Position numbers and translations under genes: made by a program. From the human T2T-CHM13v2.0 reference genome, Homo sapiens, in NCBI RefSeq assembly GCF_009914755.1, contig NC_060929.1: a stretch of DNA of 64,000 nt; one strand, 5' to 3'. This document shows, piece after piece, positions 51,923-64,000 of this stretch (its first letter is position 1; every line of letters starts with the position of its first letter). Below the pieces are notes generated by a model. The model was not told the origin of the DNA, ran no database searches, and saw nothing but the letters and a program-made list of their open reading frames with translations.

Positions 51923-53171
51923 ATCTGTTCAAGGGGGTGTGCACGTGCAGACAGTGAGAAAAGGCCTCCTCAGCAACTCGAGCCTCCTAGAGCCTCCCTG
52001 GTTGCCAGAGGGGCTGGGGCTGCTGCCTTGTCCAGCTCTCTCCTGCCCACTCCACTGTGCCTCTCCCTGTCCTGCCATTTGCCCTGGGGGACAGCAACTG
52101 CGCCTGGGGACCTTGATAACCAAGGAGCACTTTGCCGTTCCCGGCGCCTTCAGATACAGAATCTCACCTCACCCCCGTGCTCACTCCCTTCAGCCGGGCC
52201 ACCCTAAGAGCAGCACAGAGCCTGCAGAGGCCCCTGGGCCTTCACCCGTGGTGTGGTCAGGAGGCCCGAGAGGCACCTGGCTCCATGCTGGTGCCCTGTG
52301 TCTCCTCTGACCACACACCAATCTGGTGCTCAGGAAGGCAGGGCATGCACTGCCAAAGCCACGGCAGAGGGAGACCTGCCCCAGGGCGCCCGCGTGCCAA
52401 CACGCACAGTGGTCTCTGTTTCGTTGTGACCACGGACACCCCCAAATTTATTAGCTTAGCTGTGAGGCTTCCTGACACAAAAACATAGCAGGTTTCTCCT
52501 TGCCACATCCAGTTAGGTGCCTACGGGGTGTTAAATATCACATGAAAGCAACCTTTCCTCTGACTTTTTGCTCCTGCTAACTTCACGCAGGTGGATTATT
52601 GGATATTTTCTTTCAACCTCTTGCTTCCCCATGCCAGGGGAACCTCACCCGTTTGAGCCAGCCGCCTCTGCCTGCTGCAGCTGCCCTGGCTGGGTCCTGG
52701 GAGCCTCACGCCAGGGGCTGCAGCCGTGCTTGCTCCCGGAGGCCTGAGCCGGCCCAGGCCCCCTTCCAAGTCTGCCCATTCCTTAGACGCCTTTCCTTTG
52801 CTCTAGGGTCTCCTTAAGGCTCCCTCCAGCCCTGTCACTGGATGGCAATTGTCTACACTACAGAGTCGGTTCCACAGGCAAGCAAGTCGATGCTAACCCC
52901 ACCTACAGGCTCTCCCCAACTCCAGCCCACATAACTCCCTTGGGGCCCCTGTCTCCCCTCATCCCTGTGCTCCAGTTAAAGTAAGCCTTGCCCCCCCCCC
53001 CCGCCCCCCGTGGCCTGGCCCCTGCTCTGGGCTCTGCCCACACCCCACCCTTGGACGACCTCCCTCCTCTTGCTCTGTTGGTCAAAATCTTACCTGACCC
53101 CCAAGACTCAAGCCTGGGGCCATCTGCAGTGCCGCCCCGCTCACCACAGCCTGGGGCATGGTTTCAGCAAG

Positions 53172-53174
<3 letters not shown>

Positions 53175-53216
<42 letters not shown>
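53175..53216. repeat. (GT)~21 microsatellite
   Basis: Directly visible. Confidence 0.97.
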
Positions 53217-53218
<2 letters not shown>

Positions 53219-55393
53219 TGGTAGGGGGGGTGGCAGGGGGTGCGGACAAAGGCAGGGCCTGTGTGGTGTGCTTGACTGGCTCGGGTTTCCTGGAAATGCT
53301 TCCAGAATCCTGCAGGGATGCTCTGGTGCTCCTGCCAGCCTGGAGGTCGTGTCCTCGGCACACCCTGCCCTGCTGCCTGCTGGGCCGGGGACAGAGACAG
53401 CTCAGCCCTGCTCAGGGGCTGGACCAGCACCTGCAGGCCCTGGATGGAGCCCCGAGAAGGAAGGACATGGTCCAGCGGAAATGGGGCCTCACACACACAC
53501 AGATGTACACACAGGGTTCATCTGCCCTATCCTTCGCCGGCCAGAGGAGGCCATACATGTTATGAACACGCATCTTAAAATCATGCAACACATTGAAAAA
53601 CAAAGACTTAAAATGAGCTCAGCTGATGTCCTTGCCAGGACACCACTCCTCTTTGGAAGGTCCCACCTCTCCACCTATCATTGTCATTCATGATTTCTCC
53701 ATGAGCTGAGGGTCTGTCATCACGTGGGCAATGCTTCTGAGTCCAGTTCTGCGCCAGAGCAGTGAGTGGAAATCCGAGGGGGGCCTTGAAATGACCACGT
53801 CACTGTCGCAAAGACAGAAGGAGCAAGGGGTGCTCTGAGCTGCCTGAACGTCTCACCTGGGGAGAGTTTGGACAGAACTTCGAAAACCCCTCATTCTTCC
53901 ATTCAATTATTTGGGCATTTGGTACCTTCCTACACGTTGGTGGGTTCAGTTCGAATCATGAAGGCTTTTAGGGGAAGGCAGCTGCCTCCAGAACCCACTC
54001 TTGGTTTTCTGATGTTGTTAGAAGGAGCAGCGGCTCTCAGGGGACTCCCCCTTCTTAAAGCCCAGAGCGGGTCTGGCGGACGCCCGAGAACCTTTGGGTA
54101 AAGTCCACTCCCTCCCTTCCCTAGCAGGAAACTGGAGCCGAAGCTCCTGCTCAGGGCTGCTCTGGTGTCCTGCGGGATCCCACCTCCAGAATCCTCTTGG
54201 GAAAAGACATTTTGCTCCCAAGTATTTCTTCATAAAGCTGAGGCCCTGCATCTTGGAAGACGGTTCCCCTGCCACCTACTACTAGGTCTCTCCTCCTCCC
54301 CTTAGCCTCCCCTTCTCCCCCAGCCTCTCCCCATCTGTCCCTTCTACCCCTCAAATTGCCCTCCCCTCCCCCACTTCTTCCCTCTGCCCCACTGTTCAAG
54401 GTCCCTTTCAGCTGGGACTTCCCCAGGGGTAAATTAAAGGGTGTGGTGGTTCCCTCCCTGGGCCTGGCTGCTCTTCACAGTGTGACCCTGGGTAAAGGTC
54501 CGTTTGGTGGCTCCGATGGGAAAAAATTCCCAGGCGGGCATCACCTCCATGGAGGTGACAGTATGAAAGGGATGTGACTGCCCCCAGAGCAAGGGTTTCC
54601 CTAGAGGGACCCCAAAAAGCTGGCAAGAAGGTGGCAAGGGTGAGGAGGTGGTGGGGAGCCCCTGCCTCAGTCACACCAGGTGGAGGGGTTCAAGGCAGCT
54701 CCCAGCTTCTCCTCTGTTGTTAACTGTTTTCCCACCCCCCCCCCCCCGCTTTGCCCCCTCCGTCCCATCTGTCCCTATGCTGGAGGCCTGGGAGCAAGGC
54801 CTGAACCCAGTGAGAGACCACTGTGGGGGTGCCTAGGTCATGGAGAAACTGTGGGCCAGCCAGATGTCTATGGGGTGGGGGGTGAGGCTCAATTTCCTTT
54901 AATCCGCCATTCTTCTGATGGGGCAGGCTGCCCATCTACCAGGAAACCTGCAGGGTCCTTGCACCGGGAGGGGATGGATCAGGGGAGACCTGGCTGCTTC
55001 TCTGCCTTCTGCTATTCCCTTTATGGGGGGTGGGGGGAGAGACAGAGAGAGGAAGAGAGACAGAGAGATTATTCTAGACAGAGAGAGTAAGGGAGAGGGG
55101 GAGAAAGAGGAGAGGGAGAGGGGGAGCAGAGTGGAGTTGGAGGGAGACGGTGAGGGACTGGGAGGCCGGGATGGGGAGAGAGAGGGAGGCCGGGCTGTCT
55201 CGTCAGCAGCAGGCGTGCCCAGGGAAACGCAGGTGGCATACATCGCATGCATAATCTCAGGAGACGGCCACTTTAAATCTTAATTGGTTGCCTTTTAAAT
55301 ATCATTTAAGGGCTGGCTTCCCTGCCTCTCTCTCTAGTTAAGAAGGTGTCGTGTCAAACTCTATTACCTTGCTGGACGTCTCTCCCTTAAGTT

Positions 55394-55437
<44 letters not shown>

Positions 55438-58098
55438 TGGAATCATCAGCCGCGGTTTGAGAGGTCGATAAAGCTTTTAGATTTGGAGACGTTTTCCGGG
55501 AGCCCATTTCCTGCGGCTAAGAGTTGTTAATGGAGCTTAAGGAATTATCTTAGGCCGGGCGGCCGGGAGAGCCGTATATTTCCCGCGCCTGTTCCCTTGT
55601 CGAGCCTGAATATGCTGCTGTCAGACTCGCTTAATGAAAAGTAACGCACCGCTGATTACAGTTTTATTTGGGCTCTATGTAAAGAGCGCCGTTAATTTGC
55701 ATCCCCTCCTTGGTGTGTTTGAATTCGCCACGCCTGAATAACCGAGCGCGCCGGCCCTGCCGGCCTCCCGGCGCCTTCCCAGCCCTTCTCTGACAATCTC
55801 CCTGGGAGCCCAGTCGCCCGCCCCGACCCTTCCCCGTCACGCCCCCGCCCCACTGACATCGACCTCCCTGGCGCGTCCACTCAGACACCTAAAATTCACC
55901 CCCTCCGTGTCACCTCTTTGCAAACGCCCCCTCCCCACCCCGCTCCGACTTCGGAATTGTCCTGCCTGACACCTCCCCACCCCACAAGATCAGCCAGAGG
56001 GTGTTTGGGGGCGCCTAAGGCAAACCGGCTGGACTGTGCCCCAAGGGAAGGGTGTGGGGGAAGCGCCCAGCGAGGGGATGCCATTTCCTGCGCGTCCCCT
56101 TAGAATGTGGCTGAATCCGCCTCCCCACCCGACGTCTTTATTTAACACAATCTCGCAGCTTATTCAAATAAGCCAGCTTTGTCAGCCAGTTCCACCAAGA
56201 TCCGGGGGCTCCAGCGAGATGGAATTCCTATGGCCAGGGCCACGGGGAGGGGCTGGGGTCCCGAGGGCAGCAAGCTTGGCTGGCGGCAGGAGCCCTGGGT
56301 CCTCCCCAGGAGAGGGACCCAGAGCCCAGACCAAGTCCAACCCGCCAACCTGCGCCACCCATGCGCGCACTGGGGGCTGCAGAGCCCCGCCAGGCTGCCC
56401 GCGGCCGGGAGCGTAAGGCCGGGGTCCACGCCTCGATTTTCAGTGTCCGCAGCCCCTACCCCGCCTATCTGCGACGCAAGGCGAAACCTTGTTTTTGCGG
56501 AAAATGCCTGGCTTTGTCTAGGGCTGGGGTGGGGGCGTCTGGGCAGCCACCCTCGGCCACATTAAAATTCCTGGCGCCCCAGCCTCGGGCCTCAACGCTG
56601 TCCCCCGAGACGCCACTTTCGCTATTACTGTCAAGTACCCTTGACTCTTTATTTTTGCCCTTTTATCTATTACAACTAATTCGAGTTCTTTTGCCCTTTT
56701 CAGTCTAAGACGTGGGCTTTCTGCAAAGCCTCCCCCTGCCAGCGAGCTCTCGGAGCGCGGAGCCTTTAGAAATTGAGGGGTTTACTGTCAAAATGAAAAT
56801 TTCACTTCAAATTACCTTGGCTGATGCTCGCTCGCCAGGCCGGGGGCTCCCGCCGCAGCCTTTTGACAGGCACATGAGCCGCGAGCTTCCGAACCTCGAT
56901 AATATCATCTCGAGCGCGAAAGTCAATACGGTGACAGCGCGCGGCCGGATACAATCCAATTACGCTCGGCTGCCCGGGCGCTCCTGGGGCTCGGGGTCCG
57001 GCGGCCGAGGGTCCCCCTCAGGGCCCGGTCCAGGCCCTGTCGCCAGGGTTCAGGGCAGGCCCCACCACGCGGGGGACTTTGGTGGCCCAGGGGTCCCCAC
57101 GAGGCCGCAGTCCGGGTCCGCCCAGCCCCAGGCTCCTAGAGGAAAGCCGAGCCTAGTGAGTCCCTCCAAGGCCGCCCGCCCGCAAGACAGTCCTGCGTCT
57201 CCGGCTATCCTGTCCCAGGCAAGGGCCTGTGGTCGCCTCCTCGCCGCCCCCGGGCCGCTCCCGTAGTCCTTGGGACACCTGGGCCTTTGATGAGCCCAGC
57301 AGGGCTTCGGGCGGAGGGCTCGGGGTGGGGGGTGGGGGGCGAGAGGAGAGGCCTCAAGTCCGCCAGGCGCCTGCGGGGGATGCGGAACCGCCTCCGCCGC
57401 GGGGATGGGGAGGGGAGCCCGGATTTCTGAGCGTAGCCACGGCTTGGCCGGGCCCCCCGAGCCCCGGATCGCTCCGCGGGTTCCTTCCACACGCCCTTCC
57501 CGCCCTGCCCCGAGGCCTTTCCTCCCAGTCCCGCCTCCGGTCGGCGGCCTGTGAAGCTCTGAGCATTTCCCCCCGCGGAGCCGCGGCTCGCCGGCTTTCC
57601 GAGCAGAGCTGATTGCGGAGCGGCGGGTCCCCGGAAATAGGAGAGCCGAGGTTAGGAGGTGGCTGAGACGGCAGAGGCGTCGAGGCCGCCCTAACTCCTG
57701 CCTAGGATGGGCAGAGGCCGCTAACAGAGAAAAGCAACGATGGGCTCCCACGCCCCCCCCCCGGGACACGGCTCTGGGAATTTAGAAAGTTTAAAATCTA
57801 ATCAAAGAAATCCCTATTTTTTCAAACTTCTAGAGTTGGGTGATGGGAAGTACGAGTTCTGGGTCTCACACCCACTTCTATTAGGGAGCTCAGCAGAACC
57901 CTCAAACTCTACAGCGACAGTTCTTTTAAAAGTGGCTTAAAGTCTTGGGTTGAACCAGCTGCTTTTGGGGAGTGGAGTCTGGGTCAGTTCCTGCTCCCCA
58001 CTCCTTCCCTCCCGGATTAGCACCGCTTTCCCTTGGGAATTCTCAAATCCCCTGGTTTTAAATGTGTTCATTTTGCAATACAAACACCATCACTCGGT

Positions 58099-58104
58099 TT
58101 TATT
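58099..58104 (-). terminator. IRX4 polyadenylation signal AATAAA; 3' UTR ~58080-58626
   Basis: Plus-strand TTTATT lies ~520 nt after the stop codon and is followed on the minus strand by a GT-rich stretch (GTGATGGTGTTTGTATTG). Confidence 0.8.
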
Positions 58105-58626
58105 GGTTTTGTTATATTAGCCTCTGAAGCAGGCAATTATTGGTGTGAACATACATCTTAAAAAGCATCATATTATGGAGTCAAGAGTGTGCAAGAGTCA
58201 ACTCAGTGCAAGTGCTGTTGGTGAGCATTACGTGCTGAGGATGAAATCGGAGGCCCGACAGGCCCAGGAGGCCTCACGCCCAGGGGACAGCAGACCACGC
58301 TTCAGAACGGAACCGCCTTCTCCATGTAAACTTTTGACGTAAACTTTATGCTTCAGGGTATCTGGCCTCTTCTGCTCCGAGAGCCTCTCCTTCCGCGTCC
58401 CAAATTTGGGAATGGCCCGGTCAGGCTCAGGCCCAGGCGGTGGAGGCCCCGGCGTGGCAGCGCCGGGCTTGTCCATGTTCCCAGGAGTCCAAGTTCAGAA
58501 GCCCCCTCTCCGGTGGGTTGGCGGCTTCGCGGTGGCCGCGCTAGTCTTCCTCTGGAAACTCAGTGAAAAGAGTCGGCGCCGTCCGCCTGAGCGCGGGTTC
58601 CCTCCTGGGCTCGGGACCCGCCCGCC

Positions 58627-59948
<1,322 letters not shown>

Positions 59949-60161
59949 TACTATTTTTATACGTGATTTGAGTTCCTTTAAATGCTCAGGGGTCACCACC
60001 ACAGTCCCCACATTGGTAGCCTGAGGCAGAACCGGTTTGCACGGTGACCGCCTAGGCATGGGGCTCGGCGTTTGGGACCCCCAAGACGTCCTAGAACCGC
60101 AGAGAAGGCACTGTGCCTGCACTCCAGGGCCTCAGCCCCCAGTGACAACCTCCCAACCCAC

Positions 60162-60490
60162 CTGCGTTCTTGGAGCTCTTGAGGGGCTCCTCCCGCGCCT
60201 CCTCCTCGCCCCCCTCCTCCTCCTCGCCCTCCGCGTAGGGCCGCTTCTCGTCTGCGCACTTGTTCCGCGGCGGCCACGTCATCTTGTTCTCCTTCTTGAG
60301 GCGCCGGCGCGCGTTGGCGAACCAGGTGGAGACCTGTGTGAGGGTCATCTTGGTGATGATGGCCAGCATGATCTTCTCGCCCTTGGTGGGGTAGGGGTTC
60401 TTGCGGTGCTCCTGCAGCCAGGCCTTGAGCGTGCTGGTGGTCTCGCGCGTGGCGTTCTTGCGCCGCGTGCCGCTGTCCATGGTTCCATAC
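60162..60490 (-). CDS. IRX4: IRX4 coding exon 4, TALE homeodomain plus acidic patch
   Basis: Encodes [72 protein letters not shown]. Acceptor ctccag|G and donor GCAG|gtgggt, 329 nt. Confidence 0.99.
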
Positions 60491-60723
60491 CTGGAGACAG
60501 GCTCTGCAATGGGCTCAGGCTGGGCCCTCTGGGCCCCAGGCATCATGGGCATAGGGGTGGGGGTCGGCCAGGGGCATGCCAGGATGGGCTTTGCTTCCCC
60601 GTCGTGGGGTTGTGGTCATGGTCATAAGGCCCAGGTAGGACCCGAGCCCCAACCAGGTGCCGCTGCCTGCTGGCACTTGTCTTCTGTGGCCAAAGGGCAA
60701 AGATTATATTTGACTAAACTTAC

Positions 60724-60801
60724 AGGGAGCCTGGGCTCCTTCCCAAGCCAGAGAGGTCCAGGCCAATTCCTTTATGGGGATGACCGCCTAGCCGTTTGAT
60801 C
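60724..60801 (-). CDS. IRX4: IRX4 alternative in-frame cassette exon (78 nt, adds 26 aa: IKRLGGHPHKGIGLDLSGLGRSPGSL)
   Basis: Acceptor tttgag|GATC and donor TCCCT|gtaagt. It is 78 nt, phase 2 at both ends, with no stop. Inclusion would give 545 aa, matching my recollection of a longer IRX4 isoform. Confidence 0.8.
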
Positions 60802-61382
60802 CTCAAACCATAAAAAGGTATAGACAGGTAAGCCCACACCCTGAGATGTAACACGTGTGGCAGGAAGGGTCATTACTGCCCAGGAGGAGAAAGCACCCAA
60901 GGGGCCTAAGTGTACCGTCTTTGGATAAATTTGTAGTGGTTGCATTGAGGAAAGTGGGGCATCCTGTCCAAAAGTGGGACAGGAGAGAAAGGAGGGCCAC
61001 CAGGGGTTCCCCACTGTTCCCACTGTAGGGGCAGTGTGGACACTCGGAAGGAGGTGCCCAGAGTCTGCAGAGCGGGCTGCCCCGTGAACTGGGCCTTCCA
61101 GATTCGACTTCCCTGAAAGCTGCCGCACATTTAGGACTTCTGGGGCCCAACAACGTGGGGGACGGGGAGACTGGGGAGCATTTTAACCATGGCTGTGCAG
61201 GAGCAGGTGGGACAGGAGGCTGGACCCCACAGACCACAGACTCAGGTCATGCCTGACCTAAGAGTGTCTCTCTTCCTGCCTCCCGCCTTCCAGAAAGGGG
61301 GCATGATGGTGGAGGGGAGTTGGTGGCTGACAGTGCAGAGGGCCCGTGGGGCTAGTGCTGGTTAGGAGGGGTGGGTCCTCAC

Positions 61383-61492
61383 CTGTCATAGGGGTACTGG
61401 CCCAGAGCTGGCTCGTAAGGGTAGTAGGCGGCAGTGGCTGGTGCCAGGCCCCCATGCGCAGATCCCGAACCATCCTTGGAATCAAAGCTGTT
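61383..61492 (-). CDS. IRX4: IRX4 coding exon 3 (NSFDSKDGSGSAHGGLAPATAAYYPYEPALGQYPYDR)
   Basis: Acceptor cccacag|AAC and donor GACAG|gtgagg, 110 nt. It keeps the frame into the homeobox exon. Confidence 0.96.
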
Positions 61493-61699
61493 CTGTGGGA
61501 GCCAAGAGTCTGGGGTCGCAGTTTCCAGGGAGGCAACCCCACTCCAGCCTCTCTCCTAGGAGCCCCCCACTCCCAAAGGCTTGGCAAGGATTCCTGGGCA
61601 GCCCTACGCCCCGGCAGGAAGGAGCTGATTTCCCGCTTGCTTTAAAACCTGGTCTCGCAAACCTGAAGTGGGGATGTTCTGAGTTGCAGAAGCAGTGTG

Positions 61700-62185
61700 T
61701 GGTGGAGCGCGGGCCGGGGGGGGGGGGGGCGGGGGGGGAGGAGGTGCAGTGTGGGGAGCGGGGATGTGGAGTAGGAGGAAGTTGGAGGGAAGCCAGAAAG
61801 AACTGGGGGCCGGCAATAGGGGGCAGCTGGGAGAAGGAGTGGGGATTGTTAGGGCTGGGGATGCCCTGGGATGCACTCAAGTGGGGAGGAAAAAGGGGTG
61901 GGGAAAGGGGAGGGGCTGCTGAGCGAGGGGATGGAAGCCAGGAGGGGAGAAGGGAGGAGAGAAATGGGGAGGCGCAAGGCGGGGGGAGGAGCAAGGGTGG
62001 GGGAGGAGCAAGGAGGGGGAGGAACAAGGAGGGGGCGAAAGCAGGGGAGAGGGAGGAAGAGGGAGATAGGAAGGATGAGTCAGAGAGGGGCTGGGAGGAC
62101 AGGAAGAGGGAGGCCAGGAGCCTGAAGGAGGCGGGGAGAGGAGAATGGGGTCAGGGAATGAGGGAGGGAAATCTACCAGGAGGGA
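61700..62185. repeat. G-run and purine-rich low-complexity tract in IRX4 intron 2
   Basis: Long G homopolymers at ~61716-61738 followed by GA-rich sequence. Confidence 0.8.
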
Positions 62186-62468
62186 AGAAGCGGGAAACAC
62201 ACGCAGACCGAATCTGCCAGCTGATGAGGATTTAGTAGGGAACCAAAAACAAGAAACGCAGTGGCCACCTGCCGGGTCACCTGTCCCAGGGGGTGGGGGT
62301 GGGGTTCTGAGGGTCTCGGCTGGGAGGCGCAAAGTTGAAGGCAGCCAAGGTGAGCGCCTCCCCTCTGTGACAGTACGGGGACCCGGACTGGCGCGCCTAC
62401 TGGGGCAAAAGTGGGCTTGGCAAATCGAGGGCCAGGGGCAGGGCAAGGGCTAGGGATGCCCCACTTAC

Positions 62469-62720
62469 CAGCGAGTAGAAGGCGGACGCCTCCGAGCCGT
62501 AGGTCACGTAGTTGCCATAGCCCTGCGATCCGCCATAGGGACCCCCATAGACGCCCAGCGCCGCGGCCGAGTTGAGCTCGTGGCGCGCGGTGGCCAGCAG
62601 CCGGCTCTCGTAGACCGGGCAGTAGACCGGCGCCTGGGCCGAGGCGGCGGGCCCGGAGTCCGCCAGCGTGCGGCCTCCGGACTCGCAGCACGTGCTCAGG
62701 GAGTTGGTGGCCATCAAGAA
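62469..62720 (-). CDS. IRX4: IRX4 coding exon 2 (FLMATNSLSTCC...SAFYSL)
   Basis: Acceptor ctctctgcag|TTC and donor CTG|gtaagt, 252 nt, phase 0. The peptide is visible in ORF 62397..62972. Confidence 0.97.
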
Positions 62721-63263
62721 CTGCAGAGAGAGGCCGCGAGGACTGGCGGGAAGCCGGGCTGGAGGCTGGGGCCCTGGGCCTTGCCAATCCCGCGCGCCGC
62801 CCACGAGGGCGTGCCCCGAGTACCCCCGGGCCTCCCGCCGTCCACACCAGGATGCTCGCCCCTTTCCACTAGCTTGTGCGCGTCTGGCCTCCTCCGCCAC
62901 GTGGGGCCCAGCCGAGCACCTACACCCTTCCCGGGAGGGTTTCCAAGGCCTCTGACGCCATTTGCGCGCCAAGCCTCCTTCCCCAGGGGTTCCTTGGGGT
63001 CCTAGGACTCCCCTGGGGCACAGCCTGAGCCTTGTGGTTCAAACATCAGGGAACCCGGGCCCGGCCCGTCGGATTTTCTTAGCGCCTCGGCCTTTCCCCG
63101 GGGGTTTGGGGAGCAGGGGTTGGGCGTGAGGGGCGCGCGACCCAGGCCTTGCTAGCTCGGAAGCCGCAGGCAGTCGTAGGTCGGACACTCCCCACCCCCC
63201 GTCCCCGCCCCATCCGCCCTACCGGCACCTGCGGTGGCCTGGGCGGGGCGGGGCTCCGCTTAC

Positions 63264-63308
63264 CTGGGGAGCCGAGGAGTAGGGGTATCCAAACTGCGGG
63301 TAGGACAT
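63264..63308 (-). CDS. IRX4: IRX4 coding exon 1 (MSYPQFGYPYSSAPQ)
   Basis: The minus strand reads cccgccATG TCC TAC CCG CAG TTT GGA TAC... and ends CCCCAG|gtaagc. It is 45 nt (15 codons) and encodes the conserved Iroquois N-terminus. Confidence 0.97.
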
Positions 63309-64000
63309 GGCGGGCGCGGCCCGGGGCGGACGGGTGGGGCCTGCAGGGTTCTGCGCGCTGGGGCCGGCGTGGCGCGGCCACTGCTCCGGAGCTGCAGGCT
63401 TCTAGGCGCTGGGAGGGCGAAGCAGGAGAGCCGGTTAGTCCATCCCTGCGCTCCGCAAACTTTTCTAACCGGGTAACAAAGTGAGCAGCGGTGGCCGCCG
63501 CGATTCCTTTAACTTCGCATTCCGGAGGCTCGAGGGGGCTCTGGGACCGAGCGGCCTCGCAGCGGCGACAGAAATACATATTTTACGAAAAAGAAAAAAA
63601 AAAAAACGAGTCGCGCGAACCCGTCAAGTCAGATGTGCGCGGCTTGAAGCGGAGGAGGCTCTGACGTCAGCCCCACCTCGCGCAGCCCGGCCTGGCCGCA
63701 GACTCGCCGGTCACTCGCCGGCGGCTCAGGCCGGGAGGGGCCAGGACAGTCCCGGCCGCGCGGTGGACGGAGGGGCCATTCCTCCGGGCGTTAGCAAATA
63801 AATTCCATCCGAGTCAATATCGCCCAGCGAACGGTGTTTCTCTTTAGTCACCCGAGAACGAGAGGCACTTTTAATTAGAAATTAATTAATGAGCAGCTGC
63901 TCCTTCCCGCCCCACTGTAATCATTCGTCTCAATTACAAATGAGACCTATGAAAGGACACGCTGAAGATGTAATCAACAGTTAAAATTAGCCCGGCGCTG

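Larger units (their letters stand above)
62300..63830. promoter_or_regulatory. IRX4 promoter CpG island with a perfect CRE (TGACGTCA at 63662-63669) and GC boxes
   Basis: Very high GC and CpG density spanning exons 1-2 and the upstream sequence; the motif is read directly. Confidence 0.85.

Noticed and set aside
49872-51944. 690-aa ORF and overlapping His/Thr-rich ORFs
   Set aside because: They are translations of a stop-free satellite in several frames, with no domain or splice structure.

Overview
This is primate, almost certainly human, genomic DNA: it has Alu, L1, MaLR and Charlie repeats and GT-AG introns. The right end holds the complete coding region of the TALE-class homeobox gene IRX4 on the minus strand. 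Its five coding exons (45+252+110+329+824 = 1560 nt) give 519 aa, there is an in-frame 78-nt cassette exon, and the poly(A) signal is at about 58.1 kb. From established knowledge this is 5p15.33. The remaining ~58 kb downstream of IRX4 is gene-poor and GC-rich. It contains many minisatellites and VNTRs, old transposon fossils, an orphan CpG island (~37.4-38.7 kb) and several AT-rich, homeodomain-motif-rich islands that look like enhancers. Almost all long ORFs in the supplied track are repeat or GC artefacts. I found no CRISPR array, rRNA, tRNA or prokaryote-type system. The most intriguing unexplained structure is at 37.4-39.3 kb. It combines a CpG island with a 43-bp inverted repeat, a YY1/Kozak ATG, and a 12 x 51-bp VNTR packed with nuclear-receptor half-sites and HIF motifs that is also open in frame. 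Repeat subfamily calls are by eye and need RepeatMasker or Dfam confirmation.
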